Assembly: GCA_050949565.1 (NCBI GenBank)
Contig: JBMNFY010000017.1
Span: 640,001-704,000 of the forward strand
From: Kiritimatiellia bacterium
GTDB lineage: Bacteria; Verrucomicrobiota; Kiritimatiellia; RFP12; UBA1067
Reading direction: 5' to 3'
Length of the DNA stretch: 64,000 bases
The notes beneath the pieces were generated by a model that ran no database searches, was not told the DNA's origin, and saw nothing but the letters and a program-made list of their open reading frames with translations. Shown in pieces: positions 40,376-49,293 of this stretch. The stretch's first letter is position 1. The number at the start of each line of letters is the position of its first letter. The position numbers and the translations under genes are program-made.

Positions 40376-40738
40376 ATGGGTACAGGCCGTACATTGAACA
40401 AAAATCCGCGCACACGCCCGATTAAGAGCCAGGGCGAAAAGAACCGCCGTTACAAGGTACAGCGTGCCCGTTTGGTCAAGCTGGGTATGGACGAAACGGT
40501 TGTCGCTAAACTGCAGCCGAACGAATTGCGCACGCTGGTACAACAGCCGACCAAGGTGAAGAAAATGGTAGCGACCAAGGTATCCGAAGCCGCAAAACCA
40601 GCCAAGGCCGAGCCTGCTGCTAAAGCTGCTGCCAAGCCGGCGAAGACTAAAGCCGCCCCCAAACCGCGCGACAAAGCACCGGCTGCCAAAAAAGCGCCCG
40701 CAAAGGCGAAAGAGTCCGCGTCCGCAAAGGCGGAATAA
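40376..40738 (+). CDS. Small, very basic protein with Lys/Ala/Pro-rich histone-H1-like tail
   Basis: GGAGG RBS, TTGCAT-17-CATGAT promoter candidate, own terminator. MGTGRTLNKNPRTRP...AAKPAKTKAAPK. Confidence 0.8.
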   Translation: MGTGRTLNKNPRTRPIKSQGEKNRRYKVQRARLVKLGMDETVVAKLQPNELRTLVQQPTKVKKMVATKVSEAAKPAKAEPAAKAAAKPAKTKAAPKPRDKAPAAKKAPAKAKESASAKAE

Positions 40739-40760
40739 CGCCGTGCCGGACCGAGTGTTG

Positions 40761-40800
40761 AAAACGCGCCCCGCTCTCGAGGCTGGCGCGTTTTTTTTAT
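40761..40800 (+). terminator. Rho-independent terminator
   Basis: AAAACGCGCC-CCGCTCTCGAGGCT-GGCGCGTTTTTTTT. Confidence 0.8.
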
Positions 40801-40836
40801 CCACGACTGTCAGATCTTAAATTGAGGAGTTGAGCC

Positions 40837-42141
40837 ATGGCCCCTGTCCCTGTAAACCGTGAAAGCGTGCTGGATTTTCACCAAGGTGGAAAAGTCGGCG
40901 TGCGTTTGACCAAGCCGTTGAAGACGCAAAACGATCTTTGCCTGGCCTACACACCCGGCGTGGCGCATGCCGTGAAGGAGATCGCCGCCCGCCCCGACAG
41001 CGTGTACGACTACACCGCCAAGCGCAGCCTCGTGGCCGTGGTTTCCGACGGCACCGCGATCCTCGGCCTTGGCGATCTCGGCTCCGCCGCCAGCATTCCG
41101 GTGATGGAGGGCAAAGCTGTGCTCTTCAAGGCATTCGGAGATGTCGACGCTTGGCCGGTGCCGTTGGCGCGTTGCCGCCGCGACGGTGCCGACACCGGTA
41201 AGACCGACCCACAGCGCGTGATCGACGCCGTGCTGGCTCTCGCCCCGATGTACGGCGGCATCAACCTCGAAGACATCGCGGCTCCGGCCTGTTTCGAGAT
41301 TGAAGACCGGCTGGATGCTCTGCTCGATATTCCGGTCTTTCATGACGACCAATGGGGCACGGCGGTCATCACGCTGGCCGGCCTGCTTAACTACGCGCGC
41401 CTCTGCGGCCGCGAAATGTCCGAACTCCGCGTCGTCATGAATGGCGCCGGTGCGGCGGGCATCCGCATCGCCGACATGTGCAAAGCCGCCGGCGTGACGG
41501 ATCTTGTCATGTGCGACAGCCGCGGCGTGATCCACAGCGGACGCACGGACCTCAACGACCACAAACGCCGTCACGCTTCGGACACTTCGGCGCGTACCCT
41601 GCAGGAGGCGTTGCGCGGTGCGCACGTCTTCATTGGCGTTTCGGTAGCAGACTGTGTGACGACGGACGACGTGCGCGGTATGGCCGACTACCCGGCGATC
41701 TTCGCCATGTCCAATCCCGACCCGGAAATCCATCCCGGCATCGTGGCCGAAACTTTAGGCGACAAGCCGTATGTCATGGCCACGGGTCGCTCCGACTACC
41801 CCAATCAGATCAACAACGTGCTGGGCTTCCCCTACCTGTTCCGCGGTGCGCTGGATGTGCAGGCGCGCACCATCAACATCGAGATGAAGGTAGCAGCCGC
41901 CGAGGCGCTGGCCGAGCTGGCGCGCGGGCCTGTGCCTGCCGACGTGCAGGCGCTTTATCCTGCCGAGCGGCTCGAATTCGGCAATGGCTACGTGATCCCC
42001 AAACCGTTTGACCGTCGCCTCTTTGTAGAGGTCTCGTTCGCGGTAGCACGCGCAGCGGTCGAGTCCGGCGCGGCACCAGCCGACTTCGATCTCGCCGCAC
42101 TCCGCGCCAGCCTCGAAGCCCGCAACGCCAACCGCGCGTAG
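40837..42141 (+). CDS. NAD(P)-dependent malic enzyme (no PTA domain)
   Basis: LAYTPGVA, SDGTAILGLGD, PVMEGKAVLFK, INLEDI, PVFHDDQ, GAGAAG, ATGRSDYPNQINNVL.FP. Confidence 0.95.
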   Translation: MAPVPVNRESVLDFHQGGKVGVRLTKPLKTQNDLCLAYTPGVAHAVKEIAARPDSVYDYTAKRSLVAVVSDGTAILGLGDLGSAASIPVMEGKAVLFKAFGDVDAWPVPLARCRRDGADTGKTDPQRVIDAVLALAPMYGGINLEDIAAPACFEIEDRLDALLDIPVFHDDQWGTAVITLAGLLNYARLCGREMSELRVVMNGAGAAGIRIADMCKAAGVTDLVMCDSRGVIHSGRTDLNDHKRRHASDTSARTLQEALRGAHVFIGVSVADCVTTDDVRGMADYPAIFAMSNPDPEIHPGIVAETLGDKPYVMATGRSDYPNQINNVLGFPYLFRGALDVQARTINIEMKVAAAEALAELARGPVPADVQALYPAERLEFGNGYVIPKPFDRRLFVEVSFAVARAAVESGAAPADFDLAALRASLEARNANRA

Positions 42142-42154
42142 CGCGAAGGAAAAG

Positions 42155-42318
42155 CGGCGCCGCGCCCCGCGCACAGCGCGGCGCTTGTCATCGCAAGATG
42201 CGTCACCAGACCTGTGGGCGGCGTTCACGCCGCCACCTCTTCAGGTTTCACGCCTTTGCGTGATAAAAAATCCTAAATCCTAATTCCTAAACGCAAACTC
42301 CGCGCACAACGCGCGCGG
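42155..42318. repeat. Short repeat island between convergent genes (hairpins + CCTAAAT heptamers)
   Basis: ATCCTAAATCCTAATTCCTAAA-N-CCGCGC..GCGCGG, the reverse complement of the module at 33734 and 10788. Confidence 0.7.
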
Positions 42319-44274
42319 TCAGTATCCGTCGCGGAACCCAAAGTTCTCGCGCGTCAAACCGCGCGGCAGCTCCTTGATGAAACGCGAAGGCTTGCAATAG
42401 AACACACCGCCGTCACGTGTACGCCGCATGCCGGGCGCACACAGCACCAGTTCGTCTTTGGCGCGCGTGACCGCCACATAAAAGAGGCGACGCTCCTCGG
42501 CGTCGTTTTCGTTCTCGCCCATCGATCGGCTCGACGGAAACATCCCTTCGGCGGCCCAGATGACGATCACCACCGGCCACTCCAGTCCCTTGGCTTGATG
42601 GACGGTGCTGAGATGCAGCATGTCCGCATGTTCGCGCGCCATCTTATCGTATTCGTGATCCACGTTGGTGAGCAATGCCACCTCTTGCAGGAAGCCCACC
42701 ACCCCGCCATCACCCCTATCAATCTGCAACGCCAGTTCGAGAACATCCTCCTCGCGCTTATCGGCGTTGTCATAGGCCTTGGCTAGGTGGGCGCGGTAGA
42801 ACACGTCGCAGAACCGCTGCACCGCTTCACCGCCGTTGGCCGAGAGATGCTCGTCGTGGTACGCCTCCAGCAGCCGGTCGATCTCCTGCCACTGACCACG
42901 CGCGGCGGGCTTGAGCGCCGCGACCAAACGCGCGCGCTGCTGCGGGTCGCGCGTCTCGAAGTGACCGTTCAAGGTTTCCCACAGCTTCTCGATGGTCTTT
43001 TCGCCGACACCGCTGAGCAGGCCGAGCAGCCGCCCGAACGCCACGCGGTCAGAACCGTTTTCGCAGACCCGCAGGAAGGCGATGACATCCTTGACGTGCG
43101 CCTGTTCGAACACACCAATACCCGAGGTAATCACAAACGGCAGACGCGCGCGCCCGAGCAACATCTGCAGCTCAATCGAATGAAAATGCGCTCGGTAGAG
43201 CACCGCCATGTCACGCAGCGCATAGCCGTCCTGCTGGAAGCGCCGGACCAAGGCCAAAACCGTGCGCGCCTGCTCGTCCCCGTCGCGCAGGAAGAAGACC
43301 TGCGGTTTGTTGCGCGTCTTACGCGTAGGGCGCAGTTTCTTCTGGAACTGCTCTGGATTACCTCGAATGCAAGCGTTCGCCACCGCCAGCACCTCTGGAA
43401 CGCTACGATAATTGCGCTCCAACTTGATGATGCGGCAACCCTCCCAGCGTTTTGGAAACTCCATGATGTTTTTGAAGTCCGCGCCACGCCACGAATAGAT
43501 ACACTGGAAATCGTCACCCACCGCCATCACGTTGCGGTTACGGGCTCCTAGGATATCGACCATACGTGCTTGCAGCAGATTGGTGTCCTGATACTCATCG
43601 ACCAGCACATGCCGGAAGCGGTTCTGATAGTAGTCACGCACCGCTTCATGCTCCACCAGCAGCCGCAGTCCGTTGACCAGCAGGTCATCGAAATCCATCG
43701 CTCCCATCTCAAGCTTGCGTTCGTTGTACAGGTTGGCGACCTTGATGATCTCCATCGGATCCACGCAAAGGTCATGGATCCTCTGTTCCAGCACGTCCTC
43801 AAGATCGCACGCACGGTTAGCGGCAGAACTGATCAAGGATGCGATGACATCTTTCTTGGGAAAATCCCTCTTATTGCGCACGGCATCCTTGATGCAGTGG
43901 TCAATCAGCGTGTGCGACTCATCACGGTCGAGGATGGTAAAACTGTTGGGATAGCCGAGCCGGTCACCGAAACGCCGCAGAAAGCGATTGCAGACGTGAT
44001 GGAACGTGCCGCTGAGCAGACTACCCACCGCATCGCCAGCAACCTCCTGAGCACGCTCCAGCATCTCACGCGCTGCGCGATTGGTGAAGGTCAACAACAA
44101 CAGACCATCGGGATGTTCACCGCGTTCAATCAGATACGCCACACGGTACACCAGAGTGCGCGTTTTACCAGTACCGGCTGCGGCGAGCACCAGCAGCGGG
44201 CCATCGCCCGCTGTCGCAGCTTCACACTGTTCCGGATTCAAAAGCTTCGAGTAATCAGTCATGGAGGAGTTCAT
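42319..44274 (-). CDS. UvrD/PcrA-family ATP-dependent DNA helicase
   Basis: LAAAGTGKT, LTFTNRAAREM, VDEYQDTN, VGDDFQCIYSWRGA, LERNYRS, STVHQAKGLEW, EERRLFYVAVTRAK. Confidence 0.95.
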   Translation of the reverse strand: MNSSMTDYSKLLNPEQCEAATAGDGPLLVLAAAGTGKTRTLVYRVAYLIERGEHPDGLLLLTFTNRAAREMLERAQEVAGDAVGSLLSGTFHHVCNRFLRRFGDRLGYPNSFTILDRDESHTLIDHCIKDAVRNKRDFPKKDVIASLISSAANRACDLEDVLEQRIHDLCVDPMEIIKVANLYNERKLEMGAMDFDDLLVNGLRLLVEHEAVRDYYQNRFRHVLVDEYQDTNLLQARMVDILGARNRNVMAVGDDFQCIYSWRGADFKNIMEFPKRWEGCRIIKLERNYRSVPEVLAVANACIRGNPEQFQKKLRPTRKTRNKPQVFFLRDGDEQARTVLALVRRFQQDGYALRDMAVLYRAHFHSIELQMLLGRARLPFVITSGIGVFEQAHVKDVIAFLRVCENGSDRVAFGRLLGLLSGVGEKTIEKLWETLNGHFETRDPQQRARLVAALKPAARGQWQEIDRLLEAYHDEHLSANGGEAVQRFCDVFYRAHLAKAYDNADKREEDVLELALQIDRGDGGVVGFLQEVALLTNVDHEYDKMAREHADMLHLSTVHQAKGLEWPVVIVIWAAEGMFPSSRSMGENENDAEERRLFYVAVTRAKDELVLCAPGMRRTRDGGVFYCKPSRFIKELPRGLTRENFGFRDGY

Positions 44275-44484
44275 GATACGCGACTCACCCACGAAACTCA
44301 ATGCCGCATGACCGCAATCGTCAATATCGCGATGTGCCAAAAAAGCCACGGTTCTTTTCTGTTTAACGGATTACGAGCGTATTCCCGATTGTCTGCATCC
44401 CCGGTTGTCTTGTTGGAATCAGACGAAAGCCGAGAAGGCGGTGGGGAAGGCGATTAAAATGAAATGGGCACCCCATGGCTGGTT

Positions 44485-44818
44485 CATGCCTATTTCCACA
44501 CCTTGAAAGGTGTGGAAGTAACCTGCTTACAAAAGAAAGAACCTCAACACGCCAATAAACATGCTAAATATCCCCATTTTAAAGGCTTTTCTGCTCAAAC
44601 ATAGCAACACGCCGATTCGGCTTTGTTCCCCATGCTTTTTCCACACCTTGAAAGGTGTGGAAGTACAGACTCGATAACCATTCGCGGAAAAATACAGTTC
44701 TTATGCCGAGAAATCAGCAAAATATCCCAAAATTAAAGGTTGTTTTTTAAAATTCGATCATGTGTTGACTTGTCACCGCGCATCATGCTAATTTCCACAT
44801 ATTGAAAGGTGTGGATAC
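44485..44818. repeat. Three ~150-bp-spaced 24-bp palindromes TTCCACACCTTGAAAGGTGTGGAA in an AT-rich region
   Basis: Copies start at 44494, 44639 and 44793, each preceded by CATGC. The third copy is variant and overlaps a TTGACT...TGCTAATTT promoter candidate. Confidence 0.92.
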
Positions 44819-44879
44819 CAGCAAAGCATTGCGGTACTACCGCAGTGCATGCGAATCGACTCAGGAACGGGGAACACTA

Positions 44880-45467
44880 ATGAGTTACCATCCAACCATT
44901 TGGCGCACATGCCGGGTCTTGGCCAATGAACGCAGACTCCGCTGCCTTGAGGTCGTGTTGCGCCAGCCGGGCCTGTCAGTCGGCGAGATCGCCAAACAGG
45001 TCGCCATCCCCGAGAACCAAGCCAGCTTGTGCCTGAGAGCACTGCAAGCGCGAGGACTCCTTAGCGCGAGACGGCGGAGCCGTTGGGTCCATTACTTTCC
45101 CTCGCCAGATCCACTCGTCCCCGCTGCAGCGCATATTTTGGCGGTTGTCAGCCAAGCGATCCTCACGGCGAAATGGTCGGCCGACCGAATCATCCATCAT
45201 CTGACCGCCTACACGCATCCGCGGCGGTTGACCGTGTTGCACTGTCTTCTGATGAAAGACAGCCTCACCACCCCCGTTCTCGCGCGGGAAACACATATTT
45301 CTTGGCAAGCGTTGACGCGGCATTTGAACAAACTTTCCGAGCGAAAGATGATTGTCGACAACGACGCGGCATGGTCGCTCCACCCCGACCGCGACTTTTT
45401 CTCGGAAACGTTCTTGCAACTCATCGCACAGCACGCGGACTTGTGGGTGCGTAACACTATGAACTAA
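44880..45467 (+). CDS. Tandem (two-domain) ArsR-like winged-HTH DNA-binding protein
   Basis: LANERRLRCL...SVGEIA...ASLCLRALQARGLL...WVHY, then YTHPRRLTVL...LARETHISWQALTRHLNKL. Confidence 0.8.
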   Translation: MSYHPTIWRTCRVLANERRLRCLEVVLRQPGLSVGEIAKQVAIPENQASLCLRALQARGLLSARRRSRWVHYFPSPDPLVPAAAHILAVVSQAILTAKWSADRIIHHLTAYTHPRRLTVLHCLLMKDSLTTPVLARETHISWQALTRHLNKLSERKMIVDNDAAWSLHPDRDFFSETFLQLIAQHADLWVRNTMN

Positions 45468-45482
45468 GGGGAGCAACCTATC

Positions 45483-46985
45483 ATGAAGAAAAACTCTTTC
45501 ATCTTGTCACTTGATCAGGGTACCACCAGTTCAAGAGCCCTGCTCTTCGACCGCGAACTCAATATCGTTGCGATGGCCCAGCAAGAGTTTGACCAGTTTT
45601 ATCCGCAGCCCGGATGGGTCGAACACGATCCTGAAGAGATCTGGCGGTCACAGCGCAAGGTCATGGCCAATGTCTTGAAGCAAGTGCCTGACGGTCCGGC
45701 TGCCGTCGCGGCAATCGGCGTGACCAACCAGCGGGAGACCGTCGTCGTCTGGAACCGCCGAACGGGAGAGCCTATCTATCCCGCCATCGTGTGGCAATGT
45801 CGCCGGACTGCTGATTTCTGTTCGGAGCTGAAACGTCGTGATTACGGCCCGCGCATTCGCGATAAAACGGGCTTGGTGATTGACGCCTATTTCTCGGCCA
45901 GCAAGCTGCGTTGGATCCTAGACCATGTCGACGGTGCGCGGGAGGCGGCGCAACGCGGTGAACTGCTTTGCGGCACGATCGACTCTTGGCTGCTCTGGAA
46001 GCTCTCGAACGGTACCGCGCACGTCACCGATTATACGAACGCTTCCCGTACCATGCTCTTTAACATCCGTACGCTTCAATGGGACGCGGAACTCCTTGAT
46101 CTCTTCGGTATACCGTCTTCCATGCTGCCAACCCCGGTCCCTTCATCGGGCGAGGCCGCCCGGTGCGCCCTGCCGGAGTTTGAGGGACGCGAAGTGCCCG
46201 TGCTCGGCGTGTCGGGCGACCAGCAGGCCGCGCTCTTCGGTCAGGGATGCTTTGCCCCCGGACAGATCAAAAATACGTACGGCACGGGATGCTTCCTGCT
46301 CATGCACACGGGCGGCGAAGCGGTTTCATCCGCGAACGGACTGGTGACGACGCTGACCGCGCAGACCCTTGCCGGAGCGCCCTCTTATGCGCTCGAAGGC
46401 AGTGTCTTTGTGGGCGGTGCCGTTGTTCAGTGGCTACGTGATGAACTCCGCATCGTGACACGCTCTTCCGATGTCGGGCCGATTGCGGCATCAATACCTG
46501 ATACCGGCGGAGTCTTTCTCGTGCCGGCCTTCGCGGGGCTTGGCGCGCCGCACTGGGACATGTACGCCCGGGGCACACTGGTCGGCATGACCCGCGGCAC
46601 AGGGCGCGCCCAAATCATCCGTGCGGCGGTGGAGTCGACCGCCTATCAGTGCTGGGATGTGGTCGAGGCGATGCGTGCGGACTCAGGACAACCGATCGCC
46701 TCCCTGCGCGCGGACGGTGGCGCCTCGGCCGATGATTTCCTGATGCAGTTTCAGGCCGACCTGCTTGAATGCCGCGTCGAACGGCCGACCTGTATTGAGA
46801 CAACCGCGCTCGGCGCCGCTTCATTGGCGGCTCTTGCGCTCGGCTGGCAAACGTCCGAGACGCTTGCCGGCCGACCGGCCGCCAGCGTGTTCACGCCAAA
46901 CATGCCCAAGACGCAACGCAATGCTTTGCTCGCCGGATGGCGCAAAGCCGTTTCGCGTGCAGCACACTGGGAAACCGAGAATTAA
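45483..46985 (+). CDS. glpK: Glycerol kinase
   Basis: LDQGTTSSR, GVTNQRET, IVWQCRRT, TDYTNASRTML, GDQQAALFGQ, KNTYGTGCF, YALEGSVF. Confidence 0.97.
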   Translation: MKKNSFILSLDQGTTSSRALLFDRELNIVAMAQQEFDQFYPQPGWVEHDPEEIWRSQRKVMANVLKQVPDGPAAVAAIGVTNQRETVVVWNRRTGEPIYPAIVWQCRRTADFCSELKRRDYGPRIRDKTGLVIDAYFSASKLRWILDHVDGAREAAQRGELLCGTIDSWLLWKLSNGTAHVTDYTNASRTMLFNIRTLQWDAELLDLFGIPSSMLPTPVPSSGEAARCALPEFEGREVPVLGVSGDQQAALFGQGCFAPGQIKNTYGTGCFLLMHTGGEAVSSANGLVTTLTAQTLAGAPSYALEGSVFVGGAVVQWLRDELRIVTRSSDVGPIAASIPDTGGVFLVPAFAGLGAPHWDMYARGTLVGMTRGTGRAQIIRAAVESTAYQCWDVVEAMRADSGQPIASLRADGGASADDFLMQFQADLLECRVERPTCIETTALGAASLAALALGWQTSETLAGRPAASVFTPNMPKTQRNALLAGWRKAVSRAAHWETEN

Positions 46986-46991
46986 GGAGAC

Positions 46992-49151
46992 CTACTCCCG
47001 CTTCCAAGACAGCGTGAAGGGAACTTCCCGCGAGACGCCGCTGAGCAGCTTCACCGCGACCGCGCCGTTGGCTTCCGCCGTAGCCTGACAGGTAATGCCG
47101 TCGGCAGAGCTTGCCGATGCGAGCGCGAAACCTTGTGGTACGCGGAAGCGCAACGTGACCGGATAGTCCTTGACGGCCTTGACCGCGCCGGTCAATACGT
47201 TGCGCGCGCCGTCCCAAGCCAGCCCTGTCAACTCCACGCCGCCTTGTGTGACGTGGCGGTCGCTGCTGAGGAACTGCGGCACGGCCTGCGCACGGTGTAC
47301 CGCCAACAGCCGTACGCCGTGCCCCGGCACCGGCATGTCGAAACGCGCCTTGCGCACACCTTGATAAGCACCGGTCCAAAACTCGTAGATCGCGTAATCG
47401 GCCGCGGCATCCAGTCCCAGCTCATCAAAAGTGAAGCCCAGTTCGGCCTCCTTCTCATCCCAGTTGAACAGCGCCACCACCTGCCACTCCGCAAACGGAC
47501 GCCGCACATGCAGCGCCCAGACCGGCAGCATATCGAAGACCGGGAAGAGATCCATTGGGCGTACGTCGCAAACCGGCAACGCCTGCTGCAACAACCGCAT
47601 GCGCTCCGGCTTCAGTTCGGCAAGCTTATCGCCGGAAAACATCATCTGTCCCGGCAACGCCACGACGGTCGTCGCCAGCCGCGCCTGTTCGATGCCGAGG
47701 TAATCGCCGACCATCAGGGTGTCGGGATCGGTGAAGAACACGATGTTGTTGACGAAGATCTGATTGAGCGTGCAGCGCGCCTGATTCAGCAAGTTCGGCC
47801 ACTTGGCGGGCTGGTTCGGATGCACGATGTCGGCCCCGGTGCGCGAAGCATCGGCGTAGGCGGCCTCGGGGCCAGTGAAATGTCCCTGGCAAGCGAGAAA
47901 CACGCGGTCTTCGCCGATACCCTCACGGAACGCCCGCACACAGCGCTCGAACGGATCCGGGCAAGCCGGATCTTTAAAGCGGGCGCGGATCTCAGGCCGC
48001 TCGAAAAAATGGGCGCAGTAACCGGGGCCGCGCCCCGACATGCCGTCGATCTTGAAGTACTCATATCCCCACTCGCGCGAAGCGATGCGGTGAATCTCGC
48101 GCAGGTGGTTGATCACCTCGGGATGCGAAGGGTCGATGGTGAATTTGCCGTTCCAGGTTGACAACGGCTTGCCGTCCGAACCGTGCAAGAACCACTCTTT
48201 GTGCGCCAGATAGAAGTTCGTGCTGCCGGTGCCGAAGGGCGCGGTCCAGAGCCCCGGCCTGAAACCGAGCGCCCGAATATCGTCGGCCAAACGCTTCATG
48301 CCAAGCGGGAATTGATGCTGATTGGGCTTCAGACTGAGGTTGTCAAAGTTGCTGACCGGCAGCGAGTCGGAGTTGTCCTGCCACGACTCGATATGCCAGA
48401 ACTCCATGCCGAAGGGCTGCAAATGCTTTTGGCCGATGCGCGCCTCGGCCAGATTGTCTTCGGCCGTGGCCTTGTCAAAGTAAATGTTCCAAGACATCCA
48501 ACCGGTGGGCGGCGACGGACAACGCTTGCGGTCGATCGGTTTGTAATAGGGAACGTAACGACTGCGATAGTAATCGCGCTCGACCGTAAAACTCCAGACC
48601 GCTTCAGCCGCTTCGTTTATCGTCGCCTCCAGCGTGAGTCCGTAGCGCCCACCTCCCTGACTGGCGAGCCGCCGTGCGGAACCGCCGCGCAATAGCAGGC
48701 AACGATCGCGCTCCGAATCGAAAAGCGAATCGTTGAGGTCAGTGTCCGGGCGGCCGGTTCCGAGTTGGAGCACGCGCGAACCTTTAAGCGGTTGCGTGCG
48801 GCAAGCGAAGCTGTCCGGCGTGAACGCGATGTTGCCGGTCATGCGCAATTGCCCGGCGTAATTTTGCGCGGTACGGTGGTAGGCCAACAGCGAGAGGCGG
48901 TCGCCATCGCCTTGAAACGCCAGATAGCCCTGTACGTTGCCGCGAGGATCAAGCAGCGCGAGACGGTTCGCCACCGCGTCGTGCGGTGCCGCCACGCGCC
49001 AGATCTGATCGCCGGATGTAAAGCCCAGCGTGCCGCTGATGTGCACCTCGCCAGATGCGTTTACCAGTTCGAGACGCGCATCCGCCTCCTGAAAAGTCAC
49101 CTGCCAGTTACCCAATGTCAAACTGACCAATGCCGCCGCAAGAGCTCCCAT
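46992..49151 (-). CDS. Alpha-galactosidase-like glycoside hydrolase (GH36/GH27 clan D)
   Basis: PPTGWMSWN, FP.GMK.LAD.I...GFRPGLW.APF, WGYEYFKIDG, SRTGADI, DPDTLMV. Confidence 0.8.
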   Translation of the reverse strand: MGALAAALVSLTLGNWQVTFQEADARLELVNASGEVHISGTLGFTSGDQIWRVAAPHDAVANRLALLDPRGNVQGYLAFQGDGDRLSLLAYHRTAQNYAGQLRMTGNIAFTPDSFACRTQPLKGSRVLQLGTGRPDTDLNDSLFDSERDRCLLLRGGSARRLASQGGGRYGLTLEATINEAAEAVWSFTVERDYYRSRYVPYYKPIDRKRCPSPPTGWMSWNIYFDKATAEDNLAEARIGQKHLQPFGMEFWHIESWQDNSDSLPVSNFDNLSLKPNQHQFPLGMKRLADDIRALGFRPGLWTAPFGTGSTNFYLAHKEWFLHGSDGKPLSTWNGKFTIDPSHPEVINHLREIHRIASREWGYEYFKIDGMSGRGPGYCAHFFERPEIRARFKDPACPDPFERCVRAFREGIGEDRVFLACQGHFTGPEAAYADASRTGADIVHPNQPAKWPNLLNQARCTLNQIFVNNIVFFTDPDTLMVGDYLGIEQARLATTVVALPGQMMFSGDKLAELKPERMRLLQQALPVCDVRPMDLFPVFDMLPVWALHVRRPFAEWQVVALFNWDEKEAELGFTFDELGLDAAADYAIYEFWTGAYQGVRKARFDMPVPGHGVRLLAVHRAQAVPQFLSSDRHVTQGGVELTGLAWDGARNVLTGAVKAVKDYPVTLRFRVPQGFALASASSADGITCQATAEANGAVAVKLLSGVSREVPFTLSWKRE

Positions 49152-49293
49152 GTAAACCTCCTCACTACCGTCCTCGTGTTAAAGCGTAATTCCGGCAGTG
49201 TAGCGAAAAGGATGCGGCACTGGCAAGCAATCGATTGGTGGTGTCGATCGATTGGTGGTTGACAATCGGTTAGTTGTCCAGAATCACTTCACG

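Noticed and set aside
44485-44818. Replication origin (palindrome half-sites resemble DnaA boxes, e.g. TTTTCCACA) or CRISPR
   Set aside because: Only one half-site fits TTWTNCACA exactly, the central CTTGAAAG is conserved as part of a 24-bp palindrome, there is no dnaA/dnaN/gidA nearby and no switch in gene-strand bias. The ~125-bp spacers are too long for CRISPR. A GC-skew analysis would be needed to exclude oriC fully.
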